A stretch of 37,842 nucleotides of DNA from Caulobacteraceae bacterium (GTDB lineage: Bacteria; Pseudomonadota; Alphaproteobacteria; Caulobacterales; Caulobacteraceae): positions 1 to 37,842 of the forward strand of contig JBEKQJ010000003.1 in NCBI GenBank assembly GCA_049519835.1, given 5' to 3'. The notes beneath the pieces are model-generated. The model was not told where the DNA came from. It saw only the letters and a list, made by a program, of their open reading frames with translations, and did no database searches. Numbering within the stretch: the first letter of the stretch is position 1; each line of letters opens with the position of its first letter. Shown piece by piece: positions 8,821 to 17,698 of the stretch. The position numbers and the translations under genes were made by a program.

Positions 8821-9603
8821 TTAACCTCCGTCCGATTGGCTGCGACCCCGCGCCTGAATGGCGGCGCGCCTATTGGCCACGGACTGGGCCGTGACGGCGA
8901 CATTGCCGGCTCGGGAGCGTTGGCGTTCGAGCGTCATCGCTTCGCCGAACGGCAAAGCGAATCCGTCATCGATTAGCGCTTTGTAGTTGCTGACCATGTC
9001 CGGGTCGCATGAGGCGATGTCGGCGGCCAGCTGACGCGCTTCTCGCATCAGCGCGGACGGTTCGACCACGCGGTTGACCAGGCCCCAGGCCAGGGCAGTC
9101 TCGGCGTCGATGTAGTTTCCTGACAGCGACAGCTCCTTGGCGCGCGAGACGCCGACGAGGCGCGAGAGTCGCTGCGAGAGGCCCCATCCGGGGATGACGC
9201 CAACCCGCGCATGGGTGTCGGCGAAGCGGGCGTTGGTCGAGGCGATGAGAATGTCGCAAGCCAGGGCCAGCTCAAAGCCACCGGTTACGGCGACACCGTT
9301 GATGGCGGCGATGACCGGCTTGGCGCAGGCGTCGAGGGCTCGGACCGGGTCGGTGTCGGGCGTCCTGGCCTCGCCTTGCCCGAGGCCGTGTTCGCCGACC
9401 TCCCTGAGGTCGAGGCCGGCGCTGAAGGCGCGTTCGCCGGCGCCGGTCAGGATCACCACCCGCACGGCCGGGTCGGCGGCGGCGGCTCCTACGGCTGCGG
9501 CCAGCTCGGTCTGCAGGGCGCGCGACAGGGCGTTCATCTTGTCGGGGCGGTTGAGAGTCACCACCGCAACGGCGTCGGCGAGCTCCGTCTCGACGAGGCT
9601 CAT
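8821..9603 (-). CDS. enoyl-CoA hydratase/isomerase family protein
   Basis: VTLNRPDKMNALS, AFSAGLDL, KPVIAAINGVAVTGGFELALACD and FADTHARVGVIPGWG crotonase motifs; GGGGAG RBS. Confidence 0.95.
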   Translation of the reverse strand: MSLVETELADAVAVVTLNRPDKMNALSRALQTELAAAVGAAAADPAVRVVILTGAGERAFSAGLDLREVGEHGLGQGEARTPDTDPVRALDACAKPVIAAINGVAVTGGFELALACDILIASTNARFADTHARVGVIPGWGLSQRLSRLVGVSRAKELSLSGNYIDAETALAWGLVNRVVEPSALMREARQLAADIASCDPDMVSNYKALIDDGFALPFGEAMTLERQRSRAGNVAVTAQSVANRRAAIQARGRSQSDGG

Positions 9604-9627
9604 CGCTGGTCTCCCCTGCCCGACCTG

Positions 9628-10020
9628 CTAGTCGAGCAGAATCTCGAGCGGACCGCCCAGATCGGACCAATGAACGACATCATCGGGCGGCACCTTGAAG
9701 CCGAGGTCGCGCAGAGCGTCGGCGTCCACGCGGCGCAGCTTGCCCTTGGCGCCGTGGCCGGTGGCGTCGTCGATATTGACCGCGACCCGCTGGTCGCCCT
9801 TCCGTCCGTAGACGATGGCCTTGCGCGGGCGCTCGTCGCCGAGGCGGGTGGGCTGCTCGCCGTTGTAGGCGAAGCGGCCACGGACCCACCTGCCTTCGTG
9901 AAGCTGGCATAGCATCTCACCATCGCCCGAAACGGCGATGTCTGTGATGGCGGGAACCTCGGATCGTTCGCCGCCGGCCGCAAAAACCTGTCCGAAGAGT
10001 TTCTTGATCGGGTTGGCCAT
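9628..10020 (-). CDS. hypothetical protein (130 aa)
   Basis: ATG with AAGGA upstream, typical GC3-rich codons, stop 24 nt before the enoyl-CoA hydratase start. No family recognised. Confidence 0.7.
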   Translation of the reverse strand: MANPIKKLFGQVFAAGGERSEVPAITDIAVSGDGEMLCQLHEGRWVRGRFAYNGEQPTRLGDERPRKAIVYGRKGDQRVAVNIDDATGHGAKGKLRRVDADALRDLGFKVPPDDVVHWSDLGGPLEILLD

Positions 10021-10122
10021 CTAGGATCCGTCCTTGGGGAGCGCCGGCATGTGGGAATTGGGATCTACGCACGCAACCTGGTCACGCTACGGGCAGCCTA
10101 AAGGCCGCCGACACCGGAGTCT

Positions 10123-10152
10123 TTTGTAGCACCACATTTTTCTTAACAGCAA
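10123..10152 (-). promoter_or_regulatory. putative housekeeping sigma70 promoter
   Basis: Minus strand TTGCTG-N16-GCTACAAA, similar to the Caulobacter consensus TTGACG...GCTANAWC. A GANTC (CcrM) site follows at 10117-10121. Confidence 0.45.
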
Positions 10153-10189
10153 AGGTCGCCGAGCGTTCCGACGCGTGGCGGCCGGCCGG

Positions 10190-10420
10190 CGCCCAGTCGG
10201 CGGCGAATTCGTCGATCATCCTGGCGCAGAACGCCGGCAGGTCGTCGGGTTTGCGCGACGTCACCAGCCCGCGATCGACGACGACCTCCGCGTCGACCCA
10301 GTCGGCGCCAGCCCATTTCAAGCGAGGGCCGGGAAGTCATCCTGCGGCCCTAAATCGCCTCGGCGTTGATGAGCGTCCACGGACCGTAACAGATGGCGGC
10401 GATCGGTTTGCGGGCGCGGG
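10190..10420 (-). pseudogene. pfpI: PfpI/DJ-1 family protease/deglycase remnant (C-terminal part)
   Basis: Reads [30 protein letters not shown], then after a frameshift [38 protein letters not shown]. In-frame TAG at 10350-10352, frameshift near 10320, N-terminal half absent. Confidence 0.85.
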
Positions 10421-10423
10421 CGG

Positions 10424-11569
10424 TCAGCTGAGGAAGGTGACCTTCACGCCGGGCCTGACCGCCCGGGACAGGGCCTCCGCATCCCAGTTCGTCAGCCGTA
10501 CGCAGCCGTGGCTGGCGGTCTTGCCGATCACATGCGGATCGGGCGAACCGTGAATGCCGTAGTCCGGCGCGGTGAGGGCGATCCAGACGACGCCGACCGG
10601 ATTGTTCGGACCGGGGGGGATGTGCAGCTTGCCGGCATCCTTGGGACCCCACGTCAGCTTGGCGGGATTGTAGTGGTAGTCGGGATTCTGGCGGACGCCC
10701 TTGACCTTCCAGGTTCCTTTTGGCGAGGGGCGAGTGGTCGAGCCGACGGTGGCGGGAAATACACCGACCGCCCTTTGGTTGGCGTCGAAGGCGGTCACCT
10801 CTTCCTTGTTCTTGTCCACCTCGATGGTCTTCACCTCGGGCAGGCTGGCCTCGCCGGGGTCGACGACGACGATCCGGGTCCCAGCCTTGGTCAGGTCGGC
10901 CCCCGGGTTCAGCTCGGTGAGCAGCTGCTCATCCATGTGGAAGCGCTCGGCCAGCATCTGCCTTGACGAGGTGTAGCCGAGCGCCGGCTGCTGGCTCATC
11001 TTCACGAAGTCCTCGCCAACGGCTGGTGACCATGGTCCGGCGACGTCCTGCGGCGTCAGGATGTAGGGTTTCAGGACCGGCGCCTGATCGGCCCCGGTGA
11101 GGCTGGTCCACGTCGCCTGGTCGAGATCTCCAGTCGCCGTCAGGCCATGCATCTGTTGGTAGGCGCTCAAGGCGTTCTGGACGTTCTGACCCATCCGGCC
11201 GTCGATGACGCCCGGCGAGACCTGGGCGCGGTCCATGAGCACCTCGGCCTTCAGGAGCAGGGGACCGGTAGTCTTGCCGTCTCCGACGTCGGCCGAGAAG
11301 GTGTTGGTGTCCGCCGCGGTCAGATTGCCGCCCAGCGTGTTGTTGGGCGCCCCGGCGCCCCTGTCGGTGTTCGGCGCGGCTTCCGCGAACTGGGCGTCGT
11401 TCACGGCCGCCATCGAGAGGACGCCTGGCGCTCCGGCCGGGGCCGGGGCGACGATCGGCGCAGGCTTGGCTGAGCTTTGGGTGGTTGAGCCGCCGCGGCC
11501 GTCATACTGCGAACAAGCGGCCAGCGCGGTGAGGCAAGCCATGGATTGGAGCGCACGAAGGTTTTTCAT
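10424..11569 (-). CDS. L,D-transpeptidase (YkuD) lipoprotein with peptidoglycan-binding domain
   Basis: Lipobox LAAC; PG-binding motif SPGVIDGRMGQNVQNALSAYQQMHGLTATGDLD; catalytic YGIHGSP...SHGCVRLTNWDA. Confidence 0.93.
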   Translation of the reverse strand: MKNLRALQSMACLTALAACSQYDGRGGSTTQSSAKPAPIVAPAPAGAPGVLSMAAVNDAQFAEAAPNTDRGAGAPNNTLGGNLTAADTNTFSADVGDGKTTGPLLLKAEVLMDRAQVSPGVIDGRMGQNVQNALSAYQQMHGLTATGDLDQATWTSLTGADQAPVLKPYILTPQDVAGPWSPAVGEDFVKMSQQPALGYTSSRQMLAERFHMDEQLLTELNPGADLTKAGTRIVVVDPGEASLPEVKTIEVDKNKEEVTAFDANQRAVGVFPATVGSTTRPSPKGTWKVKGVRQNPDYHYNPAKLTWGPKDAGKLHIPPGPNNPVGVVWIALTAPDYGIHGSPDPHVIGKTASHGCVRLTNWDAEALSRAVRPGVKVTFLS

Positions 11570-11577
11570 ACACCTTC

Positions 11578-11602
11578 AATCCGCGGGGTGTGCGGCTGTT
11601 CC
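11578..11602 (-). promoter_or_regulatory. putative general-stress ECF (SigT/EcfG-type) promoter
   Basis: Minus strand GGAAC-N18-TT ending 8 nt before the L,D-transpeptidase ATG. Confidence 0.45.
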
Positions 11603-11620
11603 GGATCGACGGTGGTCGGG

Positions 11621-13216
11621 TCAGGTTATCAGCCGGCGCAGGTCAGCGATGAGGTTCGCCTCGACGGCGGGCTTGTCGCGGCGGATCCGCGCGATGCGCG
11701 GGAAGCGCATGGCGAGGCCCGATTTGTGCCGCCGGCTCTCGTGGATCGAATCGAACGCCACCTCGAAGACGAGGGACTTTTCGACCTCGCGCACCGGGCC
11801 GAACCGGCTCACCGTGTGGCTGCGGACAAAGGAATCGATCCACTTCAGCTCCTGGTCTGTGAAGCCCGAATAGGCCTTGCCGACCGGTAACAGTTCGCCC
11901 CCCTGCTCGGGCGGCGCGGTCCAGCAGCCGAACGTGTAGTCGGAATAGAAGCTCGAGCGTTTGCCCGACCCACGCTGGGCGTACATCAAGACGCAATCGG
12001 CGGTGAGCGCGTCGCGCTTCCATTTATACCACAGACCCACCTGCCGGCCGCCGACATAGGCGCTGTCGCGGCGCTTGAGCATCAAGCCCTCAATCGCGGC
12101 GTCGCGGGCGCTGTCGCGCAGGGCGGCCAAGGCGGCGAAGTCGGCCGCCGCGACCAAGGGCGAGAGGTCGAACCGATGCGGCGGCAAGGTCTGGACCAGA
12201 GACTCGAGGCGGCCACGCCGGTCGCGCCACGGCAGTGGGCGCAGGTCGTCAGGTCCATCGATCAGCACGTCGTAGAGACGTACGAAGGCTGGACTCTCGG
12301 CCTGCATCTTCGTCGAGACCGCCTTGCGCCCCAGCCGCTTCTGCAAGGCGTTGAAGCTGGCCGCGCCGCCCTCCGCCCCGCCCTGAAGCGAGCCGCGGAT
12401 CAGCAGTTCGCCGTCGAGCACCCCGTCGTGGAGGAAGTCGGCCGCAACCTCCGGAAAGGCGGCCGTGATGTCGTCGGCGCCGCGGCTGTAGAGCCGGGTC
12501 TCGCCGCCGGCGCGCACAAGCTGGATGCGGATGCCGTCCCATTTCCACTCGGCGGCGTAGTCGGCAAGATCGAGCGCCATGCCCTCGCCCAGGGGGTGGG
12601 CGAGCATGAACGGGCGGAAAACCGGCAGGGCCCTGGATTCCGGCGCCGGGGCGTCTCCGCGCGCCCAGGCGAACAGCGGCGCGTAAGGCGGAATGAGCGC
12701 GTGCCACACCTCCTCGACCTCATCGAGGGGCAGCGCGAACGCCTCGGCCAGGGCGGTCTTGGCGAGGCGCGCCGAGACCCCGACCCGCAACGCGCCGGTG
12801 GCGAGTTTGAGCAGCGCGAACCGTCCGTTGGCGTCCAGCCGGTCGAGCAGGGCGGCCAACTGGGCGTGCAGCGTCGAGCGGGTCATCATCGACAGCGCCG
12901 CCACCGCCTCTCCGACTGTGGGCGTGGCCGCAGGCGGGGTTTCCGGGCCGGGCCACAGCAGGCTGACGGTCTCGGCGGTGTCGCCGACATAGTCCCGCGA
13001 CAGCGTGAACAGCACCGGATCGACCCGTTCGCTGATCAGGGCCCGGATCGCCGCCGGCTTGACGGCCGGAAAGTCGAGGCCGCCGGTCAGGGCGGCGAGG
13101 GCCCAGCCGCGATCGGGATCGGGTGTGCGGCGCAGATAGTCGGCGATCAGGGCCAACTTGCCGTTGCGCGACCGGGTGTAGATCAGCCGATCGATGAGCT
13201 CAGCGAAGGCTTCCAC
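11621..13216 (-). CDS. ATP-dependent DNA ligase (cisplatin damage-response type)
   Basis: Adenylation motif EWKWDGIRIQ, plus LDGELL, EGLMLKR, WYKWKRD, LMYAQRGSGKRSSFYSDYTFG and SGLAMRFPRIARIRRDK. Confidence 0.95.
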   Translation of the reverse strand: MEAFAELIDRLIYTRSRNGKLALIADYLRRTPDPDRGWALAALTGGLDFPAVKPAAIRALISERVDPVLFTLSRDYVGDTAETVSLLWPGPETPPAATPTVGEAVAALSMMTRSTLHAQLAALLDRLDANGRFALLKLATGALRVGVSARLAKTALAEAFALPLDEVEEVWHALIPPYAPLFAWARGDAPAPESRALPVFRPFMLAHPLGEGMALDLADYAAEWKWDGIRIQLVRAGGETRLYSRGADDITAAFPEVAADFLHDGVLDGELLIRGSLQGGAEGGAASFNALQKRLGRKAVSTKMQAESPAFVRLYDVLIDGPDDLRPLPWRDRRGRLESLVQTLPPHRFDLSPLVAAADFAALAALRDSARDAAIEGLMLKRRDSAYVGGRQVGLWYKWKRDALTADCVLMYAQRGSGKRSSFYSDYTFGCWTAPPEQGGELLPVGKAYSGFTDQELKWIDSFVRSHTVSRFGPVREVEKSLVFEVAFDSIHESRRHKSGLAMRFPRIARIRRDKPAVEANLIADLRRLIT

Positions 13217-13219
13217 CGC

Positions 13220-14218
13220 TCAATCGTCCTCGTCGTCGTAGCCGACCAGGTCGAGAGCCTGGGCCCGCAGCTGCTGGAGCGCGCACCAGTGGACCAGGGC
13301 GTCCTCGCGGCCGTGGGTGATCCAGGTCTCGGCGGGCCGCAATTCGCCGATCGTCGCGGTCAGCTCGGGCCAGTCGGCGTGGTCGGAGATGACCAGCGGC
13401 AGTTCGACGTTGCGCTGGACCGCGCGCTGGCGAACCCGCATCCAGCCCGAGGCCATGGCGGTGATCGGGTCGGGCAGGCGACGGCTCCAGCGATCATTGA
13501 GCGCGGCCGGCGGGCAGAAGACGATCTGGCCGGCAAGCGCGCCTTTCGGGGCGTCTGCCACCAGCCGCAGGTCGCCAAGGTCGATCCCGAAATCGCCATA
13601 GAGGGCGCACATCCGCTCGAGCGCCCCATGGATCCAGATCGGCTCAAGATAGCCGGCGCGGCGGAGTTCGGCGATGACCCGCTGGGCCTTGCCGAGCGCA
13701 TAGGCCCCCACCAGCACGCAGCGCTGCGGATTGGCTTCCCGGGCCGCCAGCAGTCGGACGATCTCGTGGGCGATCGGCGGATGGACGAAGACCGGCAGTG
13801 CGAAAGTGGCTTCGGTGATCAGCACGTCGCAGCTGACCGGTTCGAACGCCGCGCAGGTCGGGTCGGACCGGCGCTTGTAGTCTCCGGTGATCACCACCCG
13901 TTCGCCGCCGCGTTCGAGGACCACCTGGGCCGAGCCGAGCACGTGTCCGGCCGGAGCCAGCCAGGCGATGATCCCGTCGTCGAGCGCCAACCGCTCGTGC
14001 AGCGCCAACGGGCGTGATGCGGGAGCAGCCCCATAGCGCAAGGCCATGATCGCCAGTGTCTCGCGGGTGGCGATGGTTTCGCCGTGGCCGCTGCGGGCAT
14101 GGTCGGCATGACCATGGGTGACCAGCGCGCGCGCCACCGGGATCGACGGATCGATCCAGGTCTCGGCGCCCGGCAGGAAGACGCCTTCGCGGCGGGCGGA
14201 GATCCAGTCGAGGCGCAT
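13220..14218 (-). CDS. ligase-associated DNA damage response exonuclease (metallo-beta-lactamase/beta-CASP)
   Basis: ALVTHGHADHAR, AGHVLGSAQ, TGDYKR, EATFALP, YALGKAQR, ASGWM, SDHADW and THG motifs; 3 nt upstream of the ligase. Confidence 0.95.
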   Translation of the reverse strand: MRLDWISARREGVFLPGAETWIDPSIPVARALVTHGHADHARSGHGETIATRETLAIMALRYGAAPASRPLALHERLALDDGIIAWLAPAGHVLGSAQVVLERGGERVVITGDYKRRSDPTCAAFEPVSCDVLITEATFALPVFVHPPIAHEIVRLLAAREANPQRCVLVGAYALGKAQRVIAELRRAGYLEPIWIHGALERMCALYGDFGIDLGDLRLVADAPKGALAGQIVFCPPAALNDRWSRRLPDPITAMASGWMRVRQRAVQRNVELPLVISDHADWPELTATIGELRPAETWITHGREDALVHWCALQQLRAQALDLVGYDDEDD

Positions 14219-14267
14219 GCTTCAACAACGCACTTTCAGTCGTCATGGGCGAGAAAATATGATGCCC

Positions 14268-15815
14268 TCAGCTCTCCCTCCGCCCGGACCTGGCGAATGG
14301 CACGCTGATCAGCACGGCCGCGGTCAGCAGGGCGACGAGAGCCCAGGCCTCGTCGATCGACTGGGTCATGGCCGCCTTGTCGACCAGCGGGCGCAGGAAT
14401 TCGCGGGTGGCGTCGTCCGGCGGTCCCGGGGGTCGGTTGAGAAAGAGGTCCATCGGGATGCCGACGAACCTGGCCATCGCGACATCGCCGGCCGCCAGGC
14501 GGCGCGCGATCTCCGCGGCGTGGGTGTGGACCCGGCCGTAGATCACGGTGTCGATCAGGGCCAGGCCGATGGCGCCACCCAGGTTGCGCATCAGGTTGAA
14601 GAGGCCGCTGGCGTCGGGGACGTGGTGGTCGGCGAGGTGGCCCAGGGCCAGGCGGGTCGGCGGCAGCAGACAGAACATGATCGCCGCGCCGCGCAGGACC
14701 TGGGGCCAGAACATGCCGGCGAAATCGGTCTGCGGCGTGGCGGCGGCGCTCAGTCCCAGCCCGATTGCGAAGAGGGCGAAGCCGAACGCGGTGAGCCAGC
14801 GGGCGTCGAGGCGCTGCTCGAGAACCACGGCTGCAGGCGCGGCGGCCAGTTGGCAGCAGCCGGTCACCAGCATGACGATGCCGATCTGGACGGCGTCGTG
14901 CCCGCGCACGTAACCCAGGAACACCGGCATCATGTAGACCGAGCCGTAGAGGCCGATCCCAAGCACGAAGCTGAGCAGGCAGCCGATGGCGAAGCGCCGA
15001 TCGAGGAAGGTGCGCAGGTCGACGATCGGCGCGCGGGCCTGCCAGAGACGCTTGCCGCAGGCCGCGGCCGAGGCGAGGGCGAGGGCGAGCAGGCCAAGCA
15101 CCAGCGGCGAGGACCAGCCGCGCGACGGCGCCTCCTTCAGACCGATCTCAAGCGTGGCCAGGGCGAGGGCCAGCAGGATGAGGGCGAGGATGTCGAGGGA
15201 GCGGCCCTCGCGCCAACGCAGCGGCGCGCGCGGCGCGAACAGGGTCACGACAATGGCGGTCACCACGCCGGGGGTGACGTTGATCAGAAACAGCCACCGC
15301 CAGGAATAGGTCGAGGTGATCCAGCCGCCGACGATCGGCCCCACGGTCGGGGCGAGGACGGCCAGAACGCCGGCGATCATAGTCGCCAGGCCTTGCCGCT
15401 CGACTGGAAACAGCAGGAAGACGGCCGAGAACACGGTCGGTATGAGCACGCCGCCGGCGAAGCCCTGGATGATCCGCCAGCCGATCAGCGAGGCGAAGCC
15501 GCCGCTGAACGCACAGCCGATCGATGCGACGGTGAAGACGACAATCGAGATGACGAACAACCGCCGCATGCCCAGCGCGCGGATCAGCAAGCCGGTGAGC
15601 GGGATGGCGATTACTTCGGCGACGAGATAGGCCGTCTGGATCCAGCTGATGCGCTGGCGGGCGATGGCGAGGGCGTCGCCGATCGTCGGCAGGGCGGTGG
15701 CGACGATCTGGATGTCGAGAATGGCCATGAACATGCCGACGCTCATGGCCGCAAAGCCGACCCAGGCCGCAGCCGGCCCCAACTCATGGCGCTTTGCCTC
15801 AGCCGCGGGCGGCAA
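14268..15815 (-). CDS. DHA2 (EmrB/QacA) family MFS efflux permease
   Basis: GMFMAILDIQIVATALP, WIQTAYLVAE, RIIQGFAGG, APTVGPIVGG.IT...SWRWLFLIN and ASGLFNLMRNLGGAIG. The TTG start overlaps the upstream stop; exact start uncertain. Confidence 0.92.
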   Translation of the reverse strand: MPPAAEAKRHELGPAAAWVGFAAMSVGMFMAILDIQIVATALPTIGDALAIARQRISWIQTAYLVAEVIAIPLTGLLIRALGMRRLFVISIVVFTVASIGCAFSGGFASLIGWRIIQGFAGGVLIPTVFSAVFLLFPVERQGLATMIAGVLAVLAPTVGPIVGGWITSTYSWRWLFLINVTPGVVTAIVVTLFAPRAPLRWREGRSLDILALILLALALATLEIGLKEAPSRGWSSPLVLGLLALALASAAACGKRLWQARAPIVDLRTFLDRRFAIGCLLSFVLGIGLYGSVYMMPVFLGYVRGHDAVQIGIVMLVTGCCQLAAAPAAVVLEQRLDARWLTAFGFALFAIGLGLSAAATPQTDFAGMFWPQVLRGAAIMFCLLPPTRLALGHLADHHVPDASGLFNLMRNLGGAIGLALIDTVIYGRVHTHAAEIARRLAAGDVAMARFVGIPMDLFLNRPPGPPDDATREFLRPLVDKAAMTQSIDEAWALVALLTAAVLISVPFARSGRRES

Positions 15816-16305
15816 GTTCGGCTCCAGCCAGCGCAGCGTTTTCGGCGCGAATCCGGATGGCCAGCACAGCGGCGTTGGCCAGCGAGAATACCAGGGCGAC
15901 GATCGGCGCCCCTAGCGCCAGGGGCAGGCAGGCGATCTCGCCGACGACCACCAGGTAGTTGGGATGACGCAAGAAGCGATAGGGCCCGCTGGTCACCAGG
16001 GGCGCTCCGGGAAGGATGATGATGCGGGTCGTCCACCGCCGCCCGAGGGTCGCCAGGGTCCAGACCCGCAGGCCCTGCAGCAGCAGGAAGATCGCCAGCC
16101 AGCCCCATTGCAGGGGATGGTCCCTGGCCAGCCACCATAGGGCGACCAGCCAGCTGGCGTGGAGCAGGACGATGACCGGATAGTGCGCGGCGGCGACCTC
16201 ATAGGCGCCGGCCGCCAGCAGGGCGGCGGTGTTGCGTTGCGCGAGCCAGAGCTCGGCGAGACGTTCGGCCGCGACCAGGAGGAGGAGCGCCTCGGCCACC
16301 GTCAT
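15799..16305 (-). CDS. isoprenylcysteine carboxyl methyltransferase family protein (SrsB/BpsB-like polyketide O-methyltransferase)
   Basis: ERLAELWLAQRNT, HYPVIVLLH, LGRRWTTRII, GPYRFLRHPNYLVVVGE and RIRAEN motifs; directly downstream of a type III PKS. Confidence 0.9.
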   Translation of the reverse strand: MTVAEALLLLVAAERLAELWLAQRNTAALLAAGAYEVAAAHYPVIVLLHASWLVALWWLARDHPLQWGWLAIFLLLQGLRVWTLATLGRRWTTRIIILPGAPLVTSGPYRFLRHPNYLVVVGEIACLPLALGAPIVALVFSLANAAVLAIRIRAENAALAGAELAARG

Positions 16306-16315
16306 GCGGCGCCCC

Positions 16316-17365
16316 TCATGCGGCCTGCGACAGCGCCACGCTGCTGGCGGTGAAGCCAGGACCCATGGCCGTCAGCAGCGTCCGGCCCGGCAGACCGGTC
16401 GCCATGGCGCGCTCGAGGACGAAGAGGGCGGTCGGCGCTGACATGTTACCGAACTGCGCCAGCACCTCGCGTTCGACGTTGAGAGCCCCCTGACCGAGGT
16501 CGAAGGCGTCCTCGAGGGCCTCGATCACCTTGGCGCCGCCCGGATGGAAGACGAAGCGGTCGACATCGCCCAAGGTAAGGCCGCCGCGGCTGAGAATACC
16601 GCTGACGGCGGGGGCCATGCTCTCGCGGGCGAAAGGGGGGATGGCGCGATCGAAGATGACCCCGAAGCCGGGCGCATCGACGGTCCAGCCCATGATTTCC
16701 AGGGTGTCCGGCCAGGTGTGCTGGCCGCTCATTTCAATGGCCAGTTCGCCGGCGTCGTCCGCCTTTACGACGCAAGCGGCCGCGCCATCGCCGAACAGGG
16801 CGGTGGCGACGATATTGGCCTTGGTCAGTTCATCGTGGCGGAAGGCCAGCGTGCAGAGCTCGACCGTCACCATCAGAACCACGCTGCCAGGCCGCGCCTG
16901 CGCCAGGCGGCCGGCCAGGGCGAGACCGGACACGCCGCCGGCGCAGCCGAGACCGAAGACCGGCACTCGCTCGACGTCGGCGCGAAAACCGAGGCGGCCG
17001 GCGGCGCGGGCTTCCAGGCTGGGCGTGGCGATGCCGGTGGAGGAGACCGTGACGATCGTATCCACGTCGCTGGCGCGCAGGCCCGCCCCCTCGAGCGCCT
17101 TGCCGGCGGCGTCAATGAACAGCTCGACGGCCCCCTCGAGATAGGCTGCCATGCGTTCAGGCCAGCCGAGCGGCGTGAAATACCAGTCGATCGGGCGGAC
17201 CGCGAACCGCCGGGAGATGCCCGAGCTTTCGAAGACACGGGCCATCCGGTCGAAATCGCCGAAGCGCCCCGCGAACAGGCTGCGCGCCGCGATGGCGATG
17301 TCGCCCTGCGCGAAGCAATGCGGCGGCGTCGCCGTGGCGACAGACAACAATTTCGGGGGCCGCAT
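16316..17365 (-). CDS. type III polyketide synthase (SrsA/BpsA-like alkylresorcinol/alkylpyrone synthase)
   Basis: Catalytic triad GLGCAGG / HPGG / GNMS, plus STGIATPSL, VELCTL, ALFGDGAAA and AMGPGF. Confidence 0.95.
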   Translation of the reverse strand: MRPPKLLSVATATPPHCFAQGDIAIAARSLFAGRFGDFDRMARVFESSGISRRFAVRPIDWYFTPLGWPERMAAYLEGAVELFIDAAGKALEGAGLRASDVDTIVTVSSTGIATPSLEARAAGRLGFRADVERVPVFGLGCAGGVSGLALAGRLAQARPGSVVLMVTVELCTLAFRHDELTKANIVATALFGDGAAACVVKADDAGELAIEMSGQHTWPDTLEIMGWTVDAPGFGVIFDRAIPPFARESMAPAVSGILSRGGLTLGDVDRFVFHPGGAKVIEALEDAFDLGQGALNVEREVLAQFGNMSAPTALFVLERAMATGLPGRTLLTAMGPGFTASSVALSQAA

Positions 17366-17430
17366 TGGTTGGAATTCCTAGCGAACGGCCGCCCACGAAC
17401 TGTGCGCTGGCAGCGCTCCGCCTCACCCTT

Positions 17431-17455
17431 AAGCTTAATTCCCCGGAATGGTTCC
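17431..17455 (-). promoter_or_regulatory. putative general-stress ECF (SigT/EcfG-type) promoter
   Basis: Minus strand GGAAC-cattccggggaattaagc-TT (N18), about 65 nt upstream of the PKS ATG. Confidence 0.4.
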
Positions 17456-17698
17456 CGCTTCACAGTCCGGCGCGCCGTCTTGTCGCCCACTGTGGCTGAA
17501 CAAGCGCTGCCGCCATCCTCGGCTCACACGCCGGCGCGGGTGGGGAGCGAAGGCTCCGCTAGCAGGGCAGCCAGGAGGGTGTCCTCGAGCACCGCCCGGT
17601 CGGGGGCGAAGCCCGCCTGCCGCCCGCGACTGGCGGGAAACGGCGGCCGGATCAATCTGCGAGCTCGGCCGTTAGTCCGTGACCGAATGGAGCGCGCC

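Noticed and set aside
14219-14267. Possible SOS box ahead of the repair genes
   Set aside because: No GTTC-N7-GTTC or its complement is visible.
12176-16019. Long plus-strand ORFs (613 and 633 aa), and similar ones at 18592-20325, 26633-28006 and 6824-7933
   Set aside because: These are antisense shadows of well-supported genes, common in high-GC DNA, and carry no recognisable motifs.
16544-17698. 691-aa ORF suggesting a long N-terminal extension of the aldose epimerase
   Set aside because: The extension is the antisense shadow of the PKS plus intergenic DNA. The domain and RBS start at 17699.
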